In this document: positions 53,111 to 64,000 of the stretch, one piece after another
How positions within the stretch are numbered: the first letter of the stretch is position 1
How the letters are laid out: each line of letters opens with the position of its first letter
Source of the DNA: Eledone cirrhosa
Lineage: Eukaryota
Direction: 5' to 3'
Length of the DNA stretch: 64,000 nucleotides
NCBI GenBank assembly: GCA_964016885.1
Contig: OZ024740.1
Location: 182,280,001 to 182,344,000 of the forward strand
Notes under the pieces: generated by a model
What the model was told of the DNA's origin: nothing
Seen by the model: the letters and a program-made list of their open reading frames with translations, nothing else
Databases searched by the model: none
Translations under genes and position numbers: made by a program

Positions 53111-56083
53111 TATGATGATTGTTTCTAGCGTAGGTATATGGGAGCGGAGGAACAAGTAAAATGTAATGAACCAAATACATGATGATCCTTGAAAGATGGA
53201 AGGCACTGTTTTCTCAAAGGTCTTTGAATGTAAATGTCATAACTTATCACATGATGGCATTTTGGCCACTGTTCTAATAAGTCTGCCAATTCATTGCTGT
53301 AATGATAATAATAATAGTTTCTACTTTAGGCCAGCAGTTAAATTGACCCTGGTACTTGAATGGTACTTTATTTTATTAACACAGTGTGCATAAATAAGAA
53401 TGATTAACTTAGCCATGCCTGCAACTATGACTTCAATTTTTTTTTTTCCTCATTTTTCAAAGAAATAATTTAAGTATTCAGTTGATTAGAATTGATTGAG
53501 TAATGCTGTTTTGCTTGATTATGATTTGAGTTGTAAATTGATTATGAGTGAGATTTGTCTGATATTTCTATGAGATGAAAACAATAAATTTGATATTTGT
53601 TTATAACAAGTCCATCCCCAAATATTGTTTTATCTTCTTCTTAATTAAAGGGCATGACAACATATCATGGCCCATCGGTTTATTCTTTCTTCTAATTTTT
53701 GAAATATTAAAATATTCATCGTTTATTTTAATGATGGCACAATTATTTGATTCTTCTATATAATTGTCAAAGCTCTTTTGTTACACACTCTATAACCTCA
53801 ATAACAATAAATGTTTCTCTGTGTCTCCTCTTCAATTTTATTTTTATCTTTTTTTTTTATCCTTCTTTTCTAACTGTGGTGTATATATGGTATCAACATG
53901 TGTTGCATATGTATGTGCCTGAGAGTGTTTGAATGTGTGTGTGTATGTCTGTGCACTACTACATTGTCAAACTTCTATGTTTAGAATGTGGATTCATGTG
54001 TGTGTATCTAAATGTTATAAGTAATTACAAAGTGTGTATGCAAATGTGTGTGTCTTTATATATTGTTTCTTCTTTGAGTGTTATTTTTTTTGTCTATGCT
54101 TTTTTTTTTATCGCCATAAAATGACAGTGTTGGTTACACTGACCAAAATATCAGATGTATCAGTGGTGCCACAAGAAAATGAACCTGGTACATGTCATGA
54201 TATAGTTGGCCCTAGGAAGGGTATCCAGCCAGAGAAACAATGCTAAAATAGAATGCATGAGCAAAACAGAGTGATCTGACCTGCTTGTCTAGCCTCAGTG
54301 CCTCGGTGTGATAGCCCATGTAACCCATTCAAGTGTGAAAAATAAATGTAAAACAATGATGATGATGATGATGAATATATATTAGATAGATATGCATGTG
54401 TCTGTGTAAATATATATAAATATTATTTTTTATTTTTTTATTTTTCTCGCTCTTTTCCTTTTTTTCTTTTTTCTTCTTCTTTCTTTATTACTGATGTTGT
54501 GATTTGAATTTTCCTAGTATATTACAAACGCCATATATAATTTTAACCAGTTATTCCGATGATTTGATTAGGCATACATTGTATTTAAAATTGAGTGACA
54601 CAACTTCAAGTGATTAGCAATTTTTAGACACCGTAATCAATGAAACAATTGTTAATACTGTAAATAAAACCCTTTTTGTACTGTTGACCATGTTATTCTT
54701 CACTCTTTCACTATAAACATATATATATAGGTGGATTCCTGATGTATATTAGGAGGTGACCACAGTTAATAAAGGTACTCAATACATTAGTAGATTATAG
54801 GCATATTTATTTTATAATAGAAATGATGTCTATAGGATTAGAGCTGTTTCATTCATAGTGTGAGTGTGTGTGTTTATGTGCCCATGTATATATGCATGTG
54901 TATACCTGTGTATGTATGATTGGCTGGTCTAGCTCATATTTGCTGTGCTAGCTTGACTGAGTCATGCTGTATGAGCTGGCTTGATTGACACATTCTGAAT
55001 GACCTGGCTAGCCCAATTTAGCCTCAGCTGGATGAAATTGGGATGAGTGACATTTGTTTTGTCCTCAACTTGGCCCACATAACCTGACCTTAACTTGCAT
55101 GGAATGGCTGAACAAGAAATTTGTCAGAAATATTTAATATTTTAAAACATTATCAATTATTGACTAGGACTTCTTATGAATCAACGATCTACTCTGCATT
55201 TGCGGTGTACTTGATTGAATAATAAATATTAATTCACAACAAAATATATATTAGAAAATCTAATATTACTTTGATGTAGGTATAACTATAATTTATAAGT
55301 TTCAATCACATTCTGTTATTCTTTGGTACTAATGTTTATATTTAACAAAAAAAAAAAAAAAAGATTAGAGGTCTGTTGTTAAAATGTCAGGAGTGATTTC
55401 TGGATCCATAAAATCACAAACTGAAACTTCCTTGGGTATTATGTATGCATAGTCTATATATAAGCAGACATTTTTAGTTCATTAGATTCTTCTCTCTAAA
55501 AAGGAAGTGTCTTGCGCTCAGGAGTTTTTTTCAATACTGTGAAGGTTATCACATTTTTTTAATGTGCACTATTACTTTTAGTACATTTACTGAAAAAACT
55601 ATTCTGATTGGCACCAGATTCTCCATTTCCAGACTGTAAACTTCTCTTTTCACTGTTATTATCATATGAAGTGTTTCTGTCTTTAAAAAAATATTAAGAA
55701 TATGACTTTTTATGCCACCCGAATGATTTATAAGATATTTGATAAAATATGATGGATGTTCAGATTTTTCCTTCCTTGGAGGTACTGTGGTATGGTAAGG
55801 AATGTGTGTGCCAAACAATTAAACACTGAAAGCATATCTTCATTTCTTTCTTCTGAAAGTCTCACTTTCACTGAAGTAGAATCACTCTTGCAGCTGATGT
55901 TAGTTGTGCATGTTTTTAATAAGATGCAATCCCCAGCTTCGTTAAGCAAACTTTATTCATCATATTTAGACAAATATTCCAACTTTGAATGAATATATAG
56001 CTCTTTAGATAATTTATCATTACTGCATTGTTTACATCAAGGTAGTCGGAGTACATTAAGAAGATTACCAGGAACAAGTTTTT

Positions 56084-56151
56084 TTATGTTATTGATGTCC
56101 AGCACTCTCTAACCAAATTTGGTTAGAGCGTGCTGGATATCATTAACATAA
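56084..56151. repeat. 68-bp imperfect palindrome
   Basis: TTATGTTATTGATGTCCAGCACTCTCTAACCAAA / TTTGGTTAGAGCGTGCTGGATATCATTAACATAA. Confidence 0.85.
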
Positions 56152-56644
56152 TTGTTTACAAAGCTACAAGCCTTGTTAAGGAGAAGAATTGTGATGGCTG
56201 GACATAGTCTCATGTTAACTGTCAATTATGGACGAATTCAGCCATACAAGGTGACTATTGTTTCCTGTATTAGTGTTATTTATATTTTTTGTTGTTTTGT
56301 CATGAAATGAAGGGAAGTACTCATGAGACTTTTAATGGTCTCCACAACTGGCAGAAGGTTTCCACAAATTGAAGAAAAAAATAATGTTCTATCTTATGCA
56401 AGTTAGTTTGAAGTGTCAGAAGTATGAAATTGATATTCAGATGGAATATCTGCCAAGTTGATACTGTTATGTGGTAACCATACTGCTGCTGTTCTATCTT
56501 CCAATGTTGAAAGATTGCTAGTTTTGAGGTAGTTCTCGACTGCATACTCTCTGAAAAAATTCAATCCTTATTCTAATATACGGAGAAAAAACAATTTTTG
56601 ACAAAGTAACATAAAATAGTAAAATATACAGGTGACAAAATGAG

Positions 56645-56783
<139 letters not shown>

Positions 56784-58241
56784 TAATGAAGCAAAAAAAT
56801 AGCCAGAAGACTGAGAAGACAGAGAGAAACTATATGTGTATGTGTGAGTACATATATTCATATATGTAATCACGGAAGAATATGTTAATAATAATTAAAT
56901 GTTTTCCAGACAACATACCTGTGTGGTACGAATCATTGTATGAGTACATAGGCAATTCTAGTAAATCAACTGAAAGATATAATTCAGTTTAGCCATAGAG
57001 TCATACAAATAAATGTTAACTCTTCAGATGAGGAGGAATATTGTTTTGAAATTTTGTAAGACTACAAAAACACTTGACAACCAGAGGATATTTTCACTTA
57101 TTTTTTCAATGATTAACCAAATTCTTAAAGTTGATGCAGATCTTTTTGTTTAAAATAGATTGTAAAGAAGCAAATATAAACACCTGATGGAGTTTATGTA
57201 CAGGCATTCAACATGCTGGGAATAGCAGTCAAATATCCCTCAACTCACACCATACACTCTTAAATCAAAAAGGACATACAGGATGTATAAAAACCATAGG
57301 TTGCTCATGGATGTGATGCTTTTGATTATAATTCTGCTCAATCGGAATTGATGTGGGCTAACAAACAACATCAAGCTTCACCTATGATTTATCTAAAAAA
57401 GGAGAATAAGCAACAGAGACTACTCTCTGAGTAAAACCATTATGTGAAAATCCCTAATAGTTTACCAGATCAGAGCAAAAAATATATATCTAAAATACTT
57501 TAGCCCCTGTCAGCAACAAAAGAGTGTTCATTGTAATTCAAACTCTAACACAATCATTAAGAGAACAAAGGACACCTTTGAGCAATGCATGAAAAACATG
57601 TTTCTTCTCTCCAAATGCCATTTCTCCATGTCAACAACTCTATTGATTTTGTTTACTCATGTTTGCAAATAAAGTCACCACATACGCAGCTTACCTTGGT
57701 TCCACTCTATCCTAACCTACATACATGCACACACATTCTGTTATGCACTTCTTTAAACATATGCTCTCCCTATTAGTTTGTGCACATATCTAAAATGAAT
57801 AGAAACATCTTCAGCATCCTAAGCCTATAAGATCCACATTCCACTTCTAAAAGGCAGGCTTCGAGATGTAACTCACATCTTCAGTTAACTTTGATGTTTT
57901 TAACCATGATATTAAAAACTTATACAACATTTATACTAATCATCTCTCATCCCACAGATATATCATAGCATTTTGAAATCTTTAATCCCATGTAAAATTT
58001 TCACTCACATCATTTTGTTTACCAACCCAGATCTCTTTCCACTCCTATTGACAACTCTACAATAAATTTCCTCCTCTATGTCACACATCAATGCTGTCTT
58101 ACAATCAACATCTTTGGTGAAAAGAAAGTTAATAACTGTGTCTAATCTAGGGACAAATGGCTGGTTTACATTATTCAGTATTTGGTAAGTAACTTTACAC
58201 AACACAGTATGGCCAATAATTTAGTTTTGTGAGAACAATTT

Positions 58242-58349
<108 letters not shown>

Positions 58350-58419
58350 CATATTCTTTTTATGTATGCTTTTCCATATAGATGCATATATGTGTATTTT
58401 ATTTTGCCAAAATATCAAA

Positions 58420-58800
58420 ATAATTACCTATCCTAAAATGTGTAGATGCTGCTAAATAAATAAGTCAAGCTTGCCTTAGCTCATTTGAATCCATAAGACG
58501 AGAGATTTCCCAATTCTTACTCTATCTGAATACTTATAGATTTTAACAGGTCAATGGTTACCAGAATTTATCAAATTCAAAGTAGCAACAGAGCATGGAA
58601 TTACAGATCCTAAAATGTGTAAATGGTCTTGAATAAAGAATTTAAAATCTCACAATTTCTACACTATCTGAACATCTGCAATTTTTGACAGGTCACTGGA
58701 CACTAGAATTCGTAAAATTATAAGTGGCAACAAAGCAAAGAATTATATATCCTAAAATGTGTAAACACTTTGGAAAAAAGAATTCACACGTTCTCTTACT
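58420..58800. repeat. Degenerate tandem repeat, about 2.5 units of 141-177 bp
   Basis: ATCCTAAAATGTGTA at about 58430, 58607 and 58748; CTATCTGAA and ACAGGTCA also recur. Confidence 0.75.
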
Positions 58801-58889
58801 ACTAGCTAAACAACAGCAACAATAAAATTAAGAACAACAGGATTTACAAAGTGGATAGATGACCTACTTTATATAATTGTGTATCTAAT

Positions 58890-59073
58890 AATTATTTCTA
58901 CTTTTGGCACAAGGCAAGCAATTACCCAGTGTATTACTGGTACTTTATTTTATCGACCCCTGTCAGGATGAAAGGCAAAGTTAACCTTGGCGGGATTTGA
59001 ACTCAGAATGGAAAGGGATGTAATTCTATGCGTCAAAGCATGGCGTCCGACCCTCTACCGATACTGCCAATCC
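58890..59073 (-). mobile_element. OK-like SINE
   Basis: Consensus match. Confidence 0.9.
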
Positions 59074-60149
59074 AATATTTGATTATTCAAATTATTTGAT
59101 TATTATTTCGTTAAAAAGAAATGTAGTAGTGCTTGTGAATATTTTCAGGAACTCTACATTTGGTTGGATGGATGGATGGAAGAAAGTATCCTCAGAACAG
59201 AAATTTTTACCTCAGACTAGACTCTACCAAAGGCATCCAATGGCCAGGTGGTGGTGTTACACCAAGTGACAGATTAAGAGTACAATTGCAGTGGATGACA
59301 AACAAATATAACAAGGCATCCTGTCAAAGTATCAAACAATTCCAACATTACAGGTACTTTAATTTATCATCACAGGAATGATTAAAAACAAATTGATCTT
59401 GGCAGGACTTGAACTGTGAATTGAAGAAGCTCAAATAAATATAACAAGCCATTTCATCTGGTGCTGTAATGACTTTTGCCAAATTGCTAGCTAAATAAAA
59501 TATAATGTTGTATATATTTCCTCTACAAGTCTGTTTTGTTTCTTCCTACTTGCTTTTCTATTGCAGTAGTATTATAGTAATTATGGTAGATTAATTTCGA
59601 AACTATATTGCTATTTTTTAACTACAGAAAGAATTGAAGACCTACGTGATTCCTGCTGCAATAAATGGCATACTTATTGCTCCTAGCTACTTACAATTCA
59701 TACATGATAACTCTGATTGAATTGTTAGTGTGTGTACAACAACTTTATATTTCACTTTACAACACAAGGAAAAGTAAATCATCTACATATATAATGAACT
59801 AACAGAAAAAAGTACAATGACATGGTACAATAAAAAAAATAACAAATATACAAACATACACATACAAAAAAATCAAACATCAACAAAAACATTTAAAGAA
59901 GTAAAAAAGTTTTGAAAATTTAGTCTTGCTATAATTATTAATATATTTCCTCCGGTCTAAAGGAATTGCAAAACGGGTTCAAACATGGTTATGTGTGGGA
60001 GAAAGCATGACTGTATGGTTAAGTATTTTGCTTTGCAACATGGATTTATGTTCAGGTCCACTTGCATGAGCAAGTGTCTCCTATTCTCTGAGTAAAATTT
60101 GGTAAACAGAAGCTGTACAAGAGCCCATCATATATATACATATATATAT

Positions 60150-60490
60150 ATCATTATCATCATCACCGTTTACATCAATTTTTCAACACTAGAATGGGTT
60201 AGATGGGTTGTCCTGTTGTGGGCAATGCTAGGTCAGATGATAATGTCTTGCACATACAGAACTGGTTTCGGCTTGGTTTCTACAGCTGGATACCCTTCCT
60301 AACACCAATCTCATTTACAGTGAGTACTGGGTGCTTTTTGACATGTTACCAGCATGGCCACTTTACAGTGTAGACAGGGAACTTTTTGTCATGTCCCCAA
60401 CAAGACCACTTTACAATGTGGGCTGGGTGCTATTTACCATGTCACCATTACAACCACTTTACAGTGTGGGATGTGTGCTTCACTGGATGG
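60150..60490 (-). mobile_element. RTE family A-like 3' UTR element with internal repeats of about 47 bp
   Basis: CTGGATACCCTTCCTAACACCAA plus repeated CCACTTTACAGTGTG. Confidence 0.7.
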
Positions 60491-61079
60491 TATATATATA
60501 TATATATTGTTTTTTTGCTATGTCCCATAAACCGTTTGTTAAAGAAAAAAATATTTAATAAGTATTAGACTTTAAAAATGTATTGTTCAATATGATTGAC
60601 TTCACCCTTTAAGGCAGTGCCCCAGCATGGCCATTGTCCAAAGACTGAAATCACTAAAAGTATACAAGAGTAAAAATGAGCAAGTTTGTAAATTATATGG
60701 TTTCAAAATAATTATTAATCTATTTCCTCTGGTCTAAAAGAAATGCAAACATATGCCAACAAACAGATTTAGTTTGAAAGTTGATAAGATTTCTTTCACT
60801 CCAATTTTCATTTTCTAAATCTGAGAATTTCCATAAAATTGTTGAAGCAAGTGGTTTTATGGTAAGATACTTTCTTCAACTATTAATTGAAACTGGCAAC
60901 AGTTCTGTTGATATTGAAATAGAGTGAAATAAAAATGATAATATAATACATTCAAATGACACATAAATTAATTGAAGGCGAATTTAAGCAGGCTAGAAAT
61001 AGCAGCTGAGTAGATTTCAAATCATACTCAACTATTGTGAAAAGGAAAGAACACTCTGGAGAATATGGTCTAATATATA

Positions 61080-61301
61080 TAATTGTTTCTACTTTTGGCA
61101 CAAGGCCAGCAATTATCCCAGTGAATTACTGGTGCTTTATTTTATCGACCCCGTAAGGATGAAAGGCAAAGTTAACCTCGGCGGGATTTGTCTAATATAA
61201 ATAATTGTTTCTACTATTGGCACAAGGCCAGCAAATTACCTAGTGCATTACTGGTACTTTATTTTATCGACCCTGTAAGGATGAAAGGCAAAGTTAACCT
61301 T
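61080..61301 (-). mobile_element. Two truncated OK-like SINEs inserted at the same site
   Basis: GTCTAATATA.ATAAT occurs three times (61068, 61190, 61302). Confidence 0.88.
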
Positions 61302-62158
61302 GTCTAATATATATAATCTTTGGAAATAAAAGACAAGATGTCATGATTGAAACTACTTTGACTATATATGTCTCCTCCATTAGGGCTGACTTATGGAAAA
61401 ATAAAACAAGACATCCACATTGAACATCATCATCATTGTACGTCGCTTTTTCCCTGTTTGCTTTGGTTGGACCAAGAAAAATGACAATATTCTGGAATAC
61501 CAGGAACTCACCTTTCCATACAAGTGGAATTAATACAGCAGAAGGAGGATGGATAACCAACCTACACCCCACCCTAAACATAAAGAAGTAGAGAGGGGCT
61601 ACAATACGCAAGTCCCATTTCCTACGCATCAGTGTACTCCTGAAATTCCTGCTAAGCATATCCCTGTTCTTCTCTACCCTAAATCTGATGAAGTAGAGAG
61701 ATGGAAACATTCTCAGGTCCTCACCTGCCAATACATTCCATTTGGTGCCCAACCCATGCTAGCATGGAAATCTACGAGGAACCTTGACTGATAAACCCTT
61801 GCAACCCAACACTTTCCCAACCCAGGAAAGCTTGGCACCCCACCCAAGCAGTATATAAATACCCCCCTGTTAGGCCATCAAGAGAAGCCCTGACACCACC
61901 ATGAAACCCTTCATCCAGCAATTCTCCCCTTACCTGCATAACTTTGTATAATATGTGCTGGTACCACTAGTCCTCGCTGTAAGGTGGCAGTTTTGGTGCC
62001 ACAACAAAATGCACCCAGTCTACCCTGTTAGATGGTAGTGTTAGTGTCTTGATAAAATGCTCCAAGTAAGTGCGGTAAAGTGATTGACATTAGGAAGAGC
62101 ATCCAGTCATAGAAACCATGCTCCTATAGACACATGCATATAAACCAACAATATTGAT

Positions 62159-62349
62159 AGGCGGTGGATTGGCAGTATCGGTAGAGGGTCGGACGCCATG
62201 CTTTCTAGCATAGTTACGTCCCTTAACGATCTGAGTTCAAATCCCGCTGAGGTTGACTTTGCCTTTCATCCTTACGGGGTCGATAAAATAAAGTACCAGT
62301 AATGCACTGGGTAATTGCTGGCCTTGTGCCAAAAGTAGAAACAATTATT
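62159..62349 (+). mobile_element. Full-length OK-like SINE
   Basis: GGCGGTGGATTGGCAGTATCGG...GAGTTCAAATCC...GTAGAAACAATTATT. Confidence 0.92.
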
Positions 62350-62715
62350 TAATATTAAATGAATAGAGAGGTTATAAACTATCTGAAAGTTGAAAAAATG
62401 TTTCATTTAAAAATCATTACATGCTTGAATCCTCGAAAGTGCTATAATGGGGTGTTTCAATCGTACCTCTTTATTACTAATTCATATCACATCTTTGATT
62501 AATTAAATAAGTCTCAATACAAAATATGTTGGTGCAAGCTCTTATCAATTGCAGGTCAAAAGTGTAGTTTTCCCTTTTTACACATTTGGATACATTGATA
62601 CATACATTATGAAAAACATACACACACACTCTTACACTAGCAAAATACTGTCCAGGGGTGGTATTTCTGCTAGTATATATCTAAGTCTAAAGTCTGTCTT
62701 AAACCAGAAGGCTCA

Positions 62716-62965
62716 TTTGGCCGGTGCTTATCTCTGTTTCATGGCGTGAAGCGACTGAGAGTACAAGACCGCCCCCTGGACAGGACGCCAGTCCATAGCA
62801 GTGTTAAACCTCCAGCTATTGCTTGTACTCATTTTCAGCTGAACATACTGGAGCAACATGAAATGAAGTGTTTTGCTCAAGAACACAACACGCAACCCAG
62901 GAATCGAGGCCACGACATTATGATTGTAAGTCCAACACTCCTACCACTAAGCCACGTGCCACCAC
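62716..62965 (-). mobile_element. Full-length tRNA-headed SINE, second family
   Basis: Head GTGGCACGTGGCTTAGTGGTAGG...CCTCGATTCC; body ATGGACTGGCGTCCTGTCCAGGGG. Confidence 0.82.
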
Positions 62966-63007
62966 ACTAGTATATATCTATCTATCTATATATATATATA
63001 TATATAT

Positions 63008-63861
63008 AACATTTATGCTTTCATATATTTTTATATCTGTATATCTGTTTGACCCGAAATAGGAGATCGAATCTTCGCTGTGTGGATAATTAGTTTAACC
63101 ACCATCTCAGTGTTTTTGGCCTTTAACGTAAGTTGTAAGCTCTAATTCTTTTGAATTATTGAGCGCTTGCCTCACAATTCGAAAGTGTCTTTTCGTTATT
63201 TCATAGGCTGAAATTCGATTCTCGCTAATTTTTACTTGTATTAATCTCCAGAGTCTAGCTATTCGCCAGTTAATTTTATTGACTGGTTTTAGTCTATTCT
63301 ATTGACTGCCGAATAGCTTTGTTATATTTAACCACTCTGTCGAGAGCTTCATTCGATTTGTGATATTTTGCATTTTCGCAATATTATACACAGATGAATT
63401 CATTCGCCTAATTTAGGTGGTGCCTCCCTTGCTGAACCCCACGTAGGGTCAGTTACAGACACATCTATGTGGTCTTTCGAACTGAATCCCGTTGATAACG
63501 CGCACTCCTAGTTCAGTCGGGATACGAGAAACTTAACATCCTTTATGTAAGTGGACAGTAAATGACTTATGGAGCCACAGAAACCCCGACACTGGACTTT
63601 ACCATCATTCCAGGGGTCCGGGTGAGTATAAAACATTTATGCTTTCATATATTTTTATATCTGTATATGTGTTTGACCCGAAATAGGAGATCGAATCTTC
63701 GCTGTGTGGATAATTAGTTTAACCACCATCTCAGTGTGTTTGGCCTTTAACGTAAGTTGTAAGCTCTAATTCTTTTGAATTATTGAGCGCTTGCCTCACA
63801 ATTCGAAAGTGTTTTTTCATTATTTCATAGGCTGAAATTCGATTCTCACTAATTTTTACTT
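63008..63861 (+). repeat. Partial tandem repeat with a 624-bp period (one unit plus about 230 bp), hairpin-rich
   Basis: AACATTTATGCTTTCATAT... at 63008 and 63632, few mismatches. Confidence 0.92.
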
Positions 63862-63870
63862 ATATATATA

Positions 63871-64000
63871 TCATCATCATCATCATCATCATTTTACGTC
63901 CGCTTTTCCCTGCTTGCAAGGGTGGGACGGGTCTTATTCAGCACAGCATCTCTCCACTCGTCACGGTCCCTCGTCATCTCCACCGTGAGCTTCAATGATC
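63871..64000 (-). mobile_element. 3' end of an RTE family B LINE (continues beyond the window)
   Basis: Near-identical to 45507-45640. Confidence 0.9.

Noticed and set aside
58005-58205. Minus-strand ORF ending near GTGAGT
   Set aside because: No convincing acceptor or homology; the neighbourhood looks like very old RTE debris
61671-61720. CTGATGA...GAAAC resembling a hammerhead
   Set aside because: No pairing for stem II or stem I
61294-61791. 152-aa and 80-aa ORFs
   Set aside because: They overlap SINE and RTE-tail debris and show no recognisable domain
61790-61940. TATATAAATA with a C-rich upstream region, possible solo LTR or promoter
   Set aside because: No TG..CA ends, TSD or second copy seen
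62159-62250. tRNA-like A and B boxes
   Set aside because: SINE head with extended spacing and no cloverleaf; not a tRNA gene
63385-63500. GGCGAATG on the minus strand suggesting an HDV-like ribozyme
   Set aside because: Could not build P1, P3 and L3; G-U bias favours plus-strand structure

Overview
AT-rich eukaryotic DNA made almost entirely of transposon copies and microsatellites. The repeat inventory (tRNA-headed SINEs resembling Octopus OK/OR families, RTE LINEs with (GAT)n tails, abundant (TA)n) points to an octopod cephalopod; this is an inference from recognition, not a database match. No host protein-coding gene can be called with confidence, only a few candidate minus-strand exons. 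Supported elements: an L1/Tx1 3' fragment abutting a near full-length R4/Dong LINE; three large RTE LINEs (one nearly intact) plus fragments; a Chapaev3-type DNA transposon with TIRs and TSD; hAT and mariner relics; several Penelope-like element (PLE) fragments with hammerhead-like cores; a 5S rRNA pseudogene; and more than 20 SINE copies. The most unusual signals are (i) recurrent fold-back palindromes centred on (TA)n or on PLE hammerhead boxes, (ii) hammerhead-like motifs with very long stem II inserts, (iii) an RTE family carrying in its 3' UTR a motif that a sister family carries in its 5' UTR, and (iv) a 624-bp, hairpin-dense tandem unit of unknown type near the window end. Element boundaries were read by eye and are approximate unless a TSD or TIR is cited.
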